Shown here: positions 37,062-51,240 of the stretch, piece by piece
How the letters are laid out: each line of letters begins with the position of its first letter
How positions within the stretch are numbered: position 1 is the first letter of the stretch
Assembly (NCBI GenBank): GCA_951406725.2
Contig: OX597822.1
Location: 118,606,001-118,670,000 of the forward strand
Origin: Octopus vulgaris
Taxonomy: Eukaryota
Direction of reading: 5' to 3'
DNA length: 64,000 nt
The notes under the pieces: generated by a model
What the model was told of the DNA's origin: nothing
Database searches by the model: none
What the model saw: only the letters and a program-made list of their open reading frames with translations
Program-made: the position numbers and the translations under genes

Positions 37062-39188
37062 ATCGCACCCATCTTCCTACTGATCATTGGAGGTCTGCTA
37101 CAACTCAACAACGGAGTTAAAATTCTTTATGTAACACAACTTGCTACATGCAATCAAGCAACATGCATGGCACTCACTGAAATGCATCTGGCCCCTGGTG
37201 TAACAGATACAGAAGTGCACATACCAGGGTATGCTGCATTTCGTACAGACAGAAGAGAAAGAAGCCACAGTGGAGTTGCTATGTGCATCCATGAAGATGT
37301 CACACCTCTTGTATTAAGGCCACATTCAAACTCAGTTTGCAACAGCTTAATAATACATGTAAAGCAGAATGATGCTGCCATATGCACAATTTATCATCTG
37401 CCGAATACCACGAAAATGTGATGGAAAATTTGAGGACAGCCTCACACACATCAAAGACATTAACAAACCTAGGCCAGAACATCAACAAACTCTTCCTGAG
37501 TGATTTGAACCTCTCACATGTCAAATGGCCAGAAGGCCATTTCTCCACTGGGATGTCACTGCATGAAAAAAAGCATGTAGATTCATTATTTCAACTTACT
37601 AATAACCCGTTCATGGAGCAAGTGATACTCAGGCCAACCAGGGCAAACATCATACTGGATCTATGCCTCACAAATAATGTGGACTTTATCCATAATGTGA
37701 AGGTGACACCAACGGTACTCTCAGATCACAACATTGTTGAACTAACTATGTATGGTCCTGCGCGAACTGTTAGTATCTACCCTATCAAGAGGACTCAAGC
37801 CTTATCCAAACTGAATTTCCATAAGGCAAAATGGGAATCAATTCACAAAGAGATCCACAAATGAAACTGGTCCAACATTCTGTGTATGCAAGACATTGAT
37901 CTGAAACTCAGCCAGTTTATGTCAACAGTCCAAGCTATGTGCACTAAATATATCCCAGAAAGAAAGGAAAGGTCAGCACAATGTCAAACAAGATTCCCAG
38001 GGAAAGAAAAATCCTTAAGAGATGCAGGTCAAAGATCTCAAAGTAGCTGAATAGGCAATTGAGGGATAGAGAGAAGTCTATCTTAAATGGATGCTCCTAG
38101 AAATTGAAAGCAAGATCAAACTCTCTCATGAAAGAGAAAAAGCAGAGAGAGAGAGAGAAGGGCTGTGGAAAGCTTAGAAACAAATCCCAAACCTTTCTAT
38201 AAATTCACAAAGGAAGCAGCCACCATACAATATAAAATAGGACCATTGTTCCAAAGGAATGACTCACTGATGGCAGAAACAGGAATGATAAGTGAGATAC
38301 TCAGTGAACAATTTAAAAGTGCCTTCACTTCCCCCCTTGGACACATGCAGATAAAAAATCCGGCTGAATTCTTTGATATTGCAGCTCTAAAAAAGGGGGG
38401 CACCAGCCATCAATTACATCAGCATTGAGGAAACAGATGTAACAGTGGCCATAGATGAAATGAGATCATGCTCCGCCACTGGTCCTGATGGCTTCCCAGC
38501 TATTCTCCTAAAGTCACGTAAGCAGGCTTTAGCGAAACCACTTCAGATACTTTTCCAAAGTTTCCTTGCAAGTGGTACACTTCCTAAAAAACTGAAAGAA
38601 GGTATTATATGCCCTTATCCACAAAGGTGGAAGCAGAGCAGAAGCCAAAAACTACAGGCCAATCTCTCTGACTTCGCATATCAATCAAGTCATGGAGCGA
38701 ATCATCAGAAACAAGTTGATAATGTTACTAGAAGAAAATGACCGACTGAACAATACTCAGCATGGCTTCTGCCCACAAAGAAGCTGCCTCACACAGCTCC
38801 TACAGCACCATGACTGGGTTTTGAAACAGCTGCTTCACCATTCAGGTGTCAGTGTGATATACCTTGACTTTGCAAAGGCATTTGATAAGGTAGATCATGG
38901 CATGATAAGTCATAAGCTATGAGACCTTGGCATTGTTGGTAAACTGAGAGAGTGGCTGCATGACTTCTTTAAAAACAGAAGTTAGGTAGTTGCAGCCAAT
39001 GGTGCCCCTTCTGAGGAAACTCAAATCCTAAGTGGTGTCCCCCAGGGAACTCTTCTGGGACCATTACTGTTCATAATAACCTTATTAGGCATGCCCACGG
39101 TCACTCAGACAGCCACTGTCACTAGCAATGCTGATGATACAAAATTATCACAAGCAATAAAAAACCAAGATGATGTCACAAGCTCACA
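37062..39188 (+). pseudogene. CR1-like LINE ORF2 (APE plus RT), decayed
   Basis: MALTE.HL..FRTDR..SHSGVA; PTRANIILDLCLTN; LSDHN; ATGPDGFP; QHGF...RSCLTQL; YLDFAKAFDKVDH; SGVPQG..LGPLLF; ADDTKL. Confidence 0.92.
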
Positions 39189-40265
39189 GCAGGCTGCAAA
39201 GAGTGAGGTTTGGAGACACCACTATGAAAGGTTGCCAAATGAAGAGACTGAATGGGAGAAAGAGTCAGCCAAATGTCAACCCAGCAGAGGGACCAGCTAT
39301 CCAAATTGATAGTGCCTTGGTAGATAAAGCAATTAAGAGTATGAAGACAGGAAAGCCCCCAGCCCATCAGGAATCACTGCAGAGATGCTTAAAATACCTG
39401 GTGGTGACTACTATTGTATAGTCCCCCGTAAAGTCAATTAGATGATACATGAAGGAGTCATACCCAATGACTGGTGTAGCAGCACCATAGTCAACTGCTA
39501 CAAGTCAACTCCACCAAGGATCAGTCCTCAGCTCCCTCTTATTTATCATGGTCCTCCAGGTAATAACAGAGGAATTCAAGGCAGGATGCCCCTGAGAGCT
39601 CCTCTATGCTGATGACCTTGCACTAATAGCTGAGTCACTATGAGAACTAGAGGGGAAGTTTCAGGTGTGGAAGCAAGGATTAGAATCGAAGGGCCTTAGA
39701 GTCAATCTAGCAAAAACCAAAGTCTTAATAAGTAGGAAGGCAGACAAACCACAAATCCATTCAGGTAGATGGCCCTGCCCGATCTGTAGAAAAAGCATAG
39801 GTAGAAACTCTATAAGCTATGGACACAAAAGGTGCAGCAATATCAAAGGAAGGCTAACTGGGAAGATAGTTTTTGTATGTGGAAGATGCTCGGGAGCAAT
39901 AAACACTGAAAATGTGCAGAGAACAACTTCTGCCATATTCCAGGGAGAAAAACTAGAAGTAGTTGATAGCTTCCGTTACCTAGGTGACCAAGTCAGTAGC
40001 AGGGGTGGGTGTGCTGAAAGTGTAACTGCTAGAATAAGAATAGCCTGGGCAAAGTTCAGAGAGCTCTTACCCCTGCTGGCGACAAAGGGCCTCTCGCTCA
40101 GAGTAAAAGGTAGACTGTATGATGCTTGTGTATGAACAGCCATGCTACATGGCAGTGAAACATGGGCTGTGACTGCTGAGGACATGTGTAAGCTCACAAG
40201 GAACGAAGCCAGTATGCTCCGCTGGATGTGTAATGTCAGTGTGCATACTCAACAGAGTGTAAGTA
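39189..40265 (+). pseudogene. RTE LINE RT fragment with internal deletion and Cys-rich insert
   Basis: KAIKSMKTGK; HQGSVLS; LLYADDLAL; LESKGLRVNLAKTK; WPCPIC..HKRCS..FVCGRC; FRYLGD; ARIRIAWAKFREL. Confidence 0.92.
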
Positions 40266-40795
40266 ACTGGTTTGAAAGCAGTTCATATGAGAGATACTCG
40301 GGTGCCTAATTCAGCACAGCCTAAACATTTGATTGAACTCAAATTGCACAATCTTGAACTAAGAGAGTTCAACAGAAATTTAGTTTTTAATGTCCAAAAA
40401 TGACAACTAATAATGTGTCACTTCTTTGGTCTGACTCCTCTGCTATTTCTAACAGACAAATTCAGTGACTTGACTAACCCACTTCCATCTATTTACAATA
40501 AAATGTAATTATGACATTCACTGACAACACAGTTTTAAAATTTGTTAATTACGTATTCTCATCTGGAACACACTTCCTTCCCAAGTTTTTGATACTCATT
40601 CTATCTCTGGCTTTAAAAACATTTCTTCATGTTGTGAACTGTTCATGTACTTCTAACCTTCATTGCTCTCATCCTTAACTTGTATGTCTGCTCTTTTCCC
40701 CCTCTTTTTAACCTTCTTCTGACAAGCTGTAGTGCACCTGAGACTGTATACAATAAGCTCACTATTATTATTATTATTATGATTATTATTATTAA
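40266..40795 (+). mobile_element. Decayed CR1/L2-like LINE 3' end
   Basis: Tail shared with 23500-23547; (TTA)n end. Confidence 0.5.
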
Positions 40796-40804
40796 TGCTA
40801 TTAT

Positions 40805-41765
40805 AATGCCGCCAGGGTCAACTTTGCCTTTCATCCTTTCAGGGTCAGTAAAATAAGAACCATTTGAGCATTGGGGTCGATGTAATCAATTTACTACCTC
40901 CCCCGAAATTGCTGGCCTTGCGTCAAAATTTGAAACCATTGATATTATTATTATTATCATTACATGAACTCAAATTCTGCTGAGGTTGACTTTGCCTTTC
41001 ATCCTTTCGGAGACGATAAATCAAGTACCAGTTGAGTACTGGAGTCAATGTAATTGACTGTTCCCTGCCCAACAAAATCCTGGCTTTGTGCCTATAGTAG
41101 AAAGGATTATTATTATTATTATTATTATTATTACTACTACTACTACTATTACTACTCAGGTAACAAGCTGACAGAATCGTTAGCATGCTGGACGAAATAC
41201 TTAGCAGTATTTTGCCCATCACAACATTCTAAATTCAAATTCCACCAAGGTCGACTTTGCCTTTCATTCTTTTGGGATTGATAAATTAAGTACCAGTGAC
41301 GCATTGGGGTTCAATTTAAGTGATTGATCTCCTCCCCTAAAATGGCTGCCCTTGTGGCAAAATTTGAAAGCATTATTATTATTAATGCAGTGAGCTGGCA
41401 GAATCAGTAGTGCACCAGGCAAAATGCTTAGCGGAATTTATTCCGTCCTTACATTCTGAGTTCAAATTCCGCTAGCCCCTCCCCTAAAATTTCAGACCTT
41501 GTACCTATAATACAAGGACCATAATAATAATAATAATAATAATAAAAGGTGGTAAGCTGGCCAAATCATTAGTATGCCAAACAAAATGCTTATTGGCATT
41601 TCAACTGTCTCTACATTCTGAGTTTAAATTCTGCTGAGGTCCACTTTACCTTTAATCAATTTAGGGCCAGTAAAAATACGCACCAGTTGAGCACTGGGGT
41701 CGATATAATTAACAAACCTCCTCCCCACAAAATTTCAGGCCTTGTACCTATAACAGAAAGGATTC
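40805..41765 (+). repeat. Cluster of about five head-to-tail diverged Meta-like SINEs separated by (TTA)/(TAA)n
   Basis: Repeated aaattc.gc.gagg..gactttgcctttcat..ttt.ggg motif. Confidence 0.8.
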
Positions 41766-41802
41766 AGTAGAAAGGAATATTATTATTATTTTTTTTATCT
41801 GT

Positions 41803-42127
41803 GTGGCACCCTGTGTAAGTGTCTTCTACCATAAGCCTTGAGCCAGCCAAAACCTTGCAAGTGGATTTAGTAGATGGAAACTGAAAGAAGCCTGTCATAC
41901 ATATATGTATGTGTGTGCGTCTTTGTATTTGTCCCCCACCACCACTTGACAACCACTGATGGTTTCTTTATGTCCCTGTAACTTAGCAGTTTGGCAAATA
42001 AGACCAATAGGATAAGCACCAGACTTAAAAAAGTAAGTACTGGGGGTCAGTTTGTTCAACTAAAACCCTTCAAAGCAAGGTGGTGCCCCAGCAGAGCTGC
42101 AGTCAAATGACTGGAAAAGATAAAAGA
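41803..42127 (-). mobile_element. Older SINE (16811 family)
   Basis: Diverged match. Confidence 0.7.
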
Positions 42128-42416
42128 TATTGTTCATAATTAGTTTCTCTACATTCATAGCACCATCATCATCATCATCATTTTAACGACCACTTTCTCC
42201 AAGCTTGCAACAGTCGGACAGAACTTATTAAGGCAGATTTTCTATAGATGGGTGCCCTTCCTATCACCAACCCTCAACAGTTTACAAACAAGGTAATAAC
42301 ATTTTCAGGTGGAGACACTAACACAATTACACACACAGACACACACACATTAACATCAATCTTATAATAATTCTGCTTGTCATTCTGTTACTTAGCCCAT
42401 TGGTAACACTTTCATG

Positions 42417-43067
42417 TTCTAGCTCTCTTCCACTGTTTACAGCAGTGATTGAAAGGAAGGTGTGTAGCGTGTAATCATCACATTGACAATGACAGAGAAA
42501 GTTGAGCAGAGAATCTGCATCCAATTTTGCCAAATGCCTGGTGATACCTGCTTAGAGGCCTACACAAAGTTTCCAATAAGTTTACATCGTTCTCCATACA
42601 ATCAAGGAGATCTTGTGCAACTGAAATCCAGGTGTCTTCTTGGTCTGCTGAAAGCAGTTTGGGTGCAAACTTGGCAGACACACATCTCATACCCAAATCT
42701 TCAGTGATACGGAACTGAACTGAACCGTAACTAATCTGGACATCCTCTGATAACTTATGGATGATGATTCGACGATTTCCCTCACAGCTGCATGTACATC
42801 TGCGATGTTTTTCTCAGTTCTGCTGACTGCGGCTCTACCAGATCATTTGTCACTATGGAGACTTTTTCATCGAACTTGGAAAGGTCCGGACCACTCTTAC
42901 ACTTGTGTGTGGCTCATACACTCCTCTCCATACACTTTCTGCACCTTTGGTAGGCCTCTGAGCAGGTATCGCCATGACAACTTTCTCTGTCGTGGTCAAT
43001 GTGATCATCACATGCTACACACCTTCCTTCTAAGCTTTGCTGTAAACACCAGAAGTGAGCTAGAATG
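42417..43067. mobile_element. Mariner-derived fold-back element with two inverted 5' ends
   Basis: Plus strand MTEKVEQRICIQFC; minus strand MRCVSAKFAPKLLSADQ; 42417-42570 is inverted at ~42935-43067. Confidence 0.8.
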
Positions 43068-43609
43068 TCTGGATACTTATTGGATCAGACCTTGTATAAT
43101 GAATAATTGTTCTAAGAACATATTTCCAAGAAAAACACCACAACTGCCACAATGGAGGTGCAATCTTATATCATAAAAGAGAAGCTGATCTTTGTCTGAC
43201 TGTTTGTAATAACATCAGTGTAGAAAGAGAGAGAGAGAGAGAGAGGAGAAGGGGAGGAATCAAAAGGGGGGGGATAGCCCCTGTCGCAACATACATTTAG
43301 AAGAAGGGGAAGAGAAAAAGTTGTTGAGAGAGAAATACTCTGTGTGTGAGAGAGAGAGAGAGAGTGTGTGTGTGTGTAAGATAGATAGATAGATAGATAG
43401 ATACATACATGCATGCATACATACATACATACATACATACATACATACATACATACATACATACATGCATGCATACATACATACATACATACATACATAG
43501 GTAGTATTGTCACCATAGTAACTAACAGGTTTTGATTAAAACTGTATGAATTTTAAGTAGAAGTCTGTCAACACAATGCAAAACAGACTTCAAAAGAATA
43601 ACTATATGT

Positions 43610-43725
43610 ATACGAGACGATGCTGAAAAGTTCCTGGCTTAGGGTAAAAGAAAATACACGATTATCAGTTAATTATGATTTTGTGCAACATCTTCCCCCT
43701 CTCAGAGTCATGCACTTATTGCATT
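43610..43725 (-). mobile_element. Mariner terminal fragment
   Basis: TAcgag..gatgctgaaaagttcctggc resembles a mariner TIR. Confidence 0.5.
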
Positions 43726-44189
43726 GGTGTGAAAGATAGAATTAAAATGTGTTTCAAGAAAGAACAAAAAATAGAGATTGTTGTTGAGCATATCAATGTG
43801 ATCATTCATTGAAGGATCTATTTCAACTTGACTGGGTCATTACCTGGCAGCATAGCGGCAGGGTATGGATAGTAATACATAAAAAAAACTACTCAAACAC
43901 ACTTCATGAAAACATATAAAAAAATAGAAGTGAAAACCAGGTCAAGGATCAAGCGGAGCCAGACGCAGTGCTATTTTGGTAATATTGATGTGTGTATATG
44001 TGCATACATGTGCACATACACATGTATGTATCTATGTGTGTGTATGTATATATGAATGTAAGACTGTATGTATGTATGTATGTATGTATAAATATGTGTA
44101 CATCTGTGCATGTATACATGTATATATGTGTGTTTGTACACATGTAAACAAGTATCTATGCATACATACACATGTATTATGTATGCCTG

Positions 44190-44725
44190 TCATCATCATC
44201 ATCGTTTAAACATCTGCTTTCCATGCTGGCATGGGTTGGACGGTTCGACCGGGGATCTGGGAAGTCAGAAGGCTGCACCAGGCTCCAGTCTGATCTGGCA
44301 GTGTTTCTACAGCTGGATGCCCTTCCTAACGCCAACCACTCCGTGAGTGTAGTGGGTGCTTTTTACATGCCACCGGCACAGGTGCCAGGCGGGGCTGGCA
44401 ATGGCCACAATCGGATTGGTGCATTTTACGTGCCACCAGCATGGAAGCCAGTCAAGGCGGCGCTGGCATTGGCCACGTTCAGATGGTGCTTTTTACGTGC
44501 CACCGGCACAGGGATCACAACAGCAGTTTCCATTGATTTTGATGTTGATATACTTGACTCAATGGATCCCCTCAAGCACAGGGTAGAAATGATGTTTCTT
44601 CACTTGCCACCTGCACAGGAGTCAGTCCAGCGGTCCTGGCAACTGCCGGGTGCCAGTCATAGGATTTGGTTCAATTTCGATTTCACTTGCCCCAACAGGT
44701 CTTCGCAAGCAGAGTTTAGTGTCTA
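44190..44725 (-). mobile_element. RTE 3' UTR (long form)
   Basis: Reverse complement of ~1925-2303 with variant internal units. Confidence 0.88.
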
Positions 44726-44919
44726 GTATATGTGTGTACATATTAATGAGTATGTATGTACATATGTATATGTGTGCGTATGTTTGTATGCATGTACATT
44801 TGTGAATCTATCTAAATATATGTGTGTAGATGGACAGACAGATGGACAGACAGATGGACAGATCGATGGACAGATCGATGGATGTTATGAATAGTGACAT
44901 ATAAAAGCAAATACTAAGG

Positions 44920-45065
44920 CAGTGGTTCCCAACCTTTTCACTACCAAGGGCTCCTTTTATTTAAATGAGTTTTCCCACAGACCCCAGAATATTGACAGTT
45001 TGGTCAGCTTAAAATGTTCATAGAACCCCAGTATTACTTTTGCGGACCACCAGGGCTCCTCTCGT
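44920..45065. mobile_element. hAT (Charlie-like) MITE end
   Basis: cagtggttcccaaccttt terminal motif. Confidence 0.5.
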
Positions 45066-45094
45066 AAGGTGCTCTGCTGCCAAAAACGGATCTT

Positions 45095-45227
45095 TACCTT
45101 TTGACCGACAGATTTAAAAATTAATTTTTTGTAGCTAAACACTTTCAAACTTCAGACGTAAACACACTAACATCAGTTGTCAAGCAATGAGGGATAGACA
45201 CACACACATGCATACACACACATGCAT

Positions 45228-45258
<31 letters not shown>

Positions 45259-45476
45259 ACATCTTTATATATATATATACACATATATATATATATATAT
45301 ATATTGTGTGTATATATATATAAAGATGTATATATATATATATGTGTGTGTGTGTGTATGCATGTGTGTGTGTCTATCCCTCATTGCTTGACAACTGATG
45401 TTAGTGTGTTTACGTCTGAAGTTTGAAAGTGTTTAGCTACAAAAAATTAATTTTTAAATCTGTCGGTCAAAAGGTA
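45095..45476. repeat. Large palindrome centred on (TA)n
   Basis: The unique ~120-bp arm is identical in inverted orientation. Confidence 0.95.
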
Positions 45477-45486
45477 TATATATGTA

Positions 45487-45559
<73 letters not shown>

Positions 45560-45699
45560 GTGTGTATATATATATATATTGTGTGTGTATATATATATAT
45601 ATATACACACATATCATCATCATCATCATATATATATATATATATACACACATACATATATATACACACATACATACATATACACACATACATACATAT

Positions 45700-45749
<50 letters not shown>

Positions 45750-45915
45750 GGCTTCTTTCAGTTTCCATCAACCAAATCCACTCACAAGGCTTTGGTCAGC
45801 CTGAGGTTACAGTAGAAGACACTTGCCGAAGTTGCCATGCAGTGGGACTGAACCCAGAACCATGTGCTTGGGAAGCAAGCCCCTTACCATACAGCTATGC
45901 CTGCGCCTATATATA

Positions 45916-47076
45916 TCTATATATATAAAAGTGAAGTTGTGTGAGTGTCTGTCCCCTTCGATTTAGATTCCTAACTACTCCCACATTTTGCGGTGCAGTT
46001 TCACCAAATTCGGGTATCTTATAGTCGTGATTCATATCGAGCCCGTCTGAATATTAGCGCGCGTCAACGATGAGTCTACGATTTTAAAAATAATTTAACA
46101 TCATTTTTTATTCCATTTTAATGCATAAAATGCATCGTATGTCGATGGCGGCGGAGTTGGCGTCCACGCTCACAGCTGCACCTGTTTGCTTCTCCCCCTT
46201 CCCTCCCTCGTGAAGCTGTGGGGAAGGGAGTGTAAAGAAATCAACGTCGTAATGCGTTGTGAAGGAAACCAGCGTTCTTTTAGAACAACGACTTCATGGC
46301 TTGAAGACACCAAAACAAAAATAGCTAAGAAAGCCCGAATTTATAAGGGAAGTAACTCTCTAAAAATGCTTATATAGTTATTTCCCTTACAAACCCGAGC
46401 AACGCCGAGCGATACTGCTAGTATATATATAAAAGTGAAGTTGTGTGAGTGTCTGTCCCCTTCGATTTAGATTCCTAACTACTCCCACATTTTGCGGTGC
46501 AGTTTCACCAAATTCGGGTATCTTATAGTCATGATTCATATCGAGCCCGTCTGAGTATTAGCGCGCGTCTACGATGAGTCTACGATTTTAAAAATAATTT
46601 ACCATAATTTTTTTCCATTTTAACGCATATTTTTTAAATAAAGGGAAGGCGGCGGAGTTGGCGTCCGTGCTCACACCTGCACCTGTGTTGCTTCTCCCCC
46701 TTCTTCCCTCCCTCGTGAAGCTGTGGGGAAGGAGAGTAAGGAAATCAACGTCGTAAAGCGTTGTCAAGGAGACCAGCGTTCTTTTAGAACAACGACTTCA
46801 TGGCCTGAAGTCGCCAAAACAGAAATCGCTAAAAAAAGCTGAAACAGATCCACAAATGCCATCATTTTTTCGATTTTAATGCATTTTTTCGCTATTATAT
46901 AAGGGAAGTAACTCTCTAAAAATGTCTACGATGAGTCAACGATTTAAAAAAAAATTACCATCATTTTTTTTCCATTTTTAATGCATTTTTTTGCTATTTT
47001 TTTGCTATAACTCTCTAAAAATGCTTATATAGTTATTTCCCTTACAAACCCGAGCAACGCCAGGCGATACTGCTAG
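45916..47076 (+). mobile_element. Two head-to-tail non-autonomous Helitrons (45916-46421 and 46422-47076)
   Basis: Each ends in cccgagcaacgcc..gc hairpin plus CTAG. Same head as 19148. Confidence 0.9.
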
Positions 47077-47622
47077 TATATATATAAAAGTATAAGTTGG
47101 AAAAGGCACAAAAGTACATTTTAGAGAATGATTAATATTTTTGTGAGTGAGTGATTTAAAATATAACCGGTTCCGAAGTATCCATCTTATCAACTATTAA
47201 AAAGAATTTTTTTGGCAGTCAAAGAGAAAATAAATTGGGGGTTAACAATTTGTACCCTTGTTTTAGTGCACAGTGAGGTTTTGGGTGGGGTTCAATAATG
47301 CAAGTTTCACACACACACACACAATGGGTTTTCTTCATCTTCTACCCACCAAATCCATCCACAAGGCTTCGGTCAAAATCTAGGCTATAGCAGAAGACAC
47401 TTGTCCAAAGAACCATGCAGTGGGACTAAACCCTTGGTGAAATTTGAACTCACAGTCTAAAAGGGGACAACTGAATGGATAAAAGGCAAAGTTGACCTCA
47501 GCAGGATTTGAACTCAGAACATGAAGAACCAGAAGAAACACTGCAAGTTGCAGGTGTGATTGTGTAGTAAGAAGTTTGCTTTCCAGCCACCTGATTTTGG
47601 GTGTGTATATGTGTGTATATAT

Positions 47623-48020
47623 ATTTCTTTATTTGCCCACAAGGGGTTAAACATAGAGGGGACAAACAAGGACAGACAAAGGGATTAAGTCGATTATATT
47701 GACCCCAGTATGAAACTGGTACTTAATTTATCGACCCCGAAAGGATGAAAAGGCAAAGTCAACCTCGGCAGAATTTTAAAGGGATCTGAATTAAAACCTA
47801 TTTCTTTACTACCCACAAGGGGCTAAACACAGAAAGGACAAACAAGGACAGACAAAGGGATTAAGTCGATTATATTGACCCCAGTGTGAAACTGGTACTT
47901 TATTTATCGACTCCGAAAGGAGTCAACCTTAGCAGAATTTGAAATCAGAATGCAATGACAGACGAAATACCTCTAACTATTTCGCCCAGCACGCTAACGT
48001 GTCTGCCAGCTCGCCACCTT
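47623..48020 (-). mobile_element. Dimeric Meta-like SINE
   Basis: Two tail-containing units and one head. Confidence 0.8.
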
Positions 48021-48519
48021 ATATGTGTGTATATAAATACATGTGTACATGCATGCGTGTGTGCATGTGTGTTTATGTGTGTGTGTTCATGGTGTACTGC
48101 ATTTGGCAATTAAGGTTTCATATTTTATGCAATTAATTCTTTCATTAGTTTGGTACTTTGTTTTGTAATGTACTCACAAATTTAAAACTCACTAATTACC
48201 AATCAAGGCAGAACAGGATTTCACTGCTAGCATTTTTTCTTATTTTCTTATTTTTTTTTTTTATACATTTACACTCAACTCTGCTATGACGGACTTGTTT
48301 GTCATCAGAAATATTATTCCATGCAATTACAGTTTATATATTTTTTTTGCATGTGTATTGTTGTTGTTGTTGCTGTTATTGCTGCCGCTGTTCATTTTGT
48401 TTTGTTATTTAAGATGGCAACACCAACAACAACAAAACCATTCTAAACAATCTGACACAGTCGCACCCTTTTATCATAATAAAAACACAAAAAAATAAAC
48501 ACAAACAACATAACTAAAC

Positions 48520-48716
48520 TTTTTCTTTTTTTGTTTCAGTCATTTGACTGTGGCCATGCAGGAGCACCACCCCCAGGACTTATTTTTTGAAAGCTTAGTA
48601 CTTATTCTATCGGTCTCTGTTTCCGAACCGCTAAGTGACGGGGATGTAAACACACCAGCATCAATTGTCAAGCGATGTTGGGGGGACAAACACAGACACA
48701 CAAACACATACATACA

Positions 48717-48758
<42 letters not shown>

Positions 48759-48856
48759 GTGATCACGTGACCGACCAGACCATCAGATGTTGCTACACAT
48801 CGCTGGTCACAATGCGTTCGCATTGTTTTAGCCTTCGAATGATGCCACCGAGCAGG

Positions 48857-48908
<52 letters not shown>

Positions 48909-49075
48909 TACGACGGGCTTCTTTCAGTTTCTGTCTACCAAATCCACTCACAAGGCTTTGGTCAATCCGAGGCTATAGTAGATGACACTTGCCCAAGGTG
49001 CCACGCAGTGGGACTGAACCCGAAACTATGTGGTTGGTAAGCAAGTTACTTACCACACAGCCACTCCCGTGCCTA
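48520..49075 (-). mobile_element. SINE (16811 family) with a 12507-type tail inside its TA tract
   Basis: 48760-48858 matches 12507-12620. Confidence 0.85.
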
Positions 49076-50384
49076 TAGCAACAATTATAAAACAAAAACA
49101 AGGCTTTGCAATGCAAAACATAATGCCAATGCTTGGTATTGAAGTGCCACCATTTTCATACTAGCTACAACTAATACCAATTTGGTAACTGCCAAAGCAT
49201 AAGTTTTTAACTGTATGGAAGTCACAAAGAATATTTAAGCTCATATTCAATTGAGGGTGGATTCTTAAAACTCCTATAGTTCTTATCTGTAAAGGCACAT
49301 GGCTGAGTGGGTGTTCAGCTCATGATGTGAGGTCAGCACATTGTGTCCTTGAGCAAGACACTTTATTTCACGTTACTTCAGTCCACTCAGCTGGCAAAAA
49401 TGAGTAGTACCTGTATTTCAAAGGGCCAGCTTTGTCACGCTGAATCTCCCTGAGAACTACGTTAAAGGTACACGTGTTTGTGGAGTGCTCAGCCACTTGC
49501 ACGTTAATTCTACAAGCAAGCTGTGAGTGGATTTGGTTGATGGAAACTTAAAGAAGCCCATTGTATCATCATCATCATTTAGCGTCCGCTTTCCATGCTA
49601 GCATGGGTTGGACGGTTCAACTGGGGTCTGTGAAGCTGGAAGGCTTTGTCAGGCCCAGTCAGATCTGGCAGTGTTTCTACGGCTGGATGCCCTTCCTAAC
49701 GCCAACCATATATATATGGGGGGGGGACCAACTCAATGCTGTAACCGATGGAGTGCCTTCTCTTATCTTCTTCCTTGCTTTTTAGTCATGGGTTTCCAAA
49801 TTTTACATTGCAAGCAGCAGATTCTGTCAAACAAAAATCTACTCACAAAGTCATGGTCAGCCCAAGGTGCTACACATTGGTACTGAACTTGGAATCAAGT
49901 GGTTCCGAAGCAAGCTTCTTACCACACAGCCATACCTGTATCTGTATACATGTGTGTGTATATATTGTTATCACACCCAATAACAATGCTACCCTTCCCA
50001 CCCCTCTCATTCATCTCTCGATTCACTACTACTACTTCTCTCAGTCACTCACTCCTCCCTCTTTGTGCTCTGCCTGTCCTATCTCTTCTTGACCTTCCTC
50101 TACTTCAACACTCCACTCATGCTACCCTTAAACTCATTCGCATTATGATCTGAACTACTAATTATCAATTTTCCTACTCTAATGACAGAAGCCAGGTTTA
50201 TGGCAATGTTTATATGCATCCACTACTGGTTGTGTATCTTTGGCCTTTTGCATACTCCATCTGCAACATTACAACTATTACATAATTCCAGCCCTCCAGA
50301 AACAGCTGTTGGACCTGAAATGCCATGCCCTCTCCCCTTAGGCTTCTGTATTCTTTGTACTCTATGTAATTTTGTTCTCAAAAC

Positions 50385-51240
50385 CTGGAATCTAAGGACC
50401 TTCAGATTAACTTAGCAAACACTAAGGTCTTGGTAAACAAGAAAACAGACAGGACTATCCCACTTCAGGTGGGTGGCCCTGCTCAATTTGTAGGAAAGGT
50501 GAAGGCAAGAACTCCATACAGTATACCCAGTATAAGCTATGGATACATGAGATGCAGTGGAATAATAGGAAAGTTATCAGAGAGAGTACTGTTCATATGT
50601 GGAAAACATATAGGATCCATAAAAACTAAAGACCCAAGAAATTGATTCTCTCAAATGCCCTGATGGCTCATTAGATCATTTCTGCTACCAAGGGGACAAA
50701 TTAGTAGTGGGGAGGATGCACAGAGAGTGTAAAAGCTAGGATAAGAATATGTTAAATATGAAATGTTTCCCTCTCCGAATGAAAGGAAGCTTGTATGATG
50801 GATGAAGATTATATACAGACAGTAATTGTACATGGTAGTGAGATGTGGGCCCTGAATGCAGAGGAGATGCGATGGTTAGAGAGGAATGAGACAATAGCAT
50901 GCTCTGCTGGATGTGTAATGTAAGTGTACATATTTGACAGAGTTCGAGTGAATTGAGAGAGAAGTTAGGCATAAGAAGAATTAGTTGCTGTGTGCAAGAG
51001 AGGAGACTGCTCTGGTTTGGTCATGTGATGCTGATGGATGGATGCCGACAGCACCATAAAGAAGTACCGATGTCTCAAAGTAGATGGAACATGTGGAAGA
51101 GGGAGACCCAGGAAGACATGGGACGAAGGACTGAAGGACAACCTCCGGCACTGGACCTTGCAGACAAAATGATGAAGGACTGAGATATCTGGCATCTTGC
51201 TTTACTCAATAAGACCCTTACACCACAGCAGAAGTGTTAA
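50385..51240 (+). pseudogene. Decayed RTE ORF C-terminal third
   Basis: ESK.L.INLANTKVL; LREKLGIRRISCCVQERRLLWFGHVM; RGRPRKTWDE. Confidence 0.85.
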
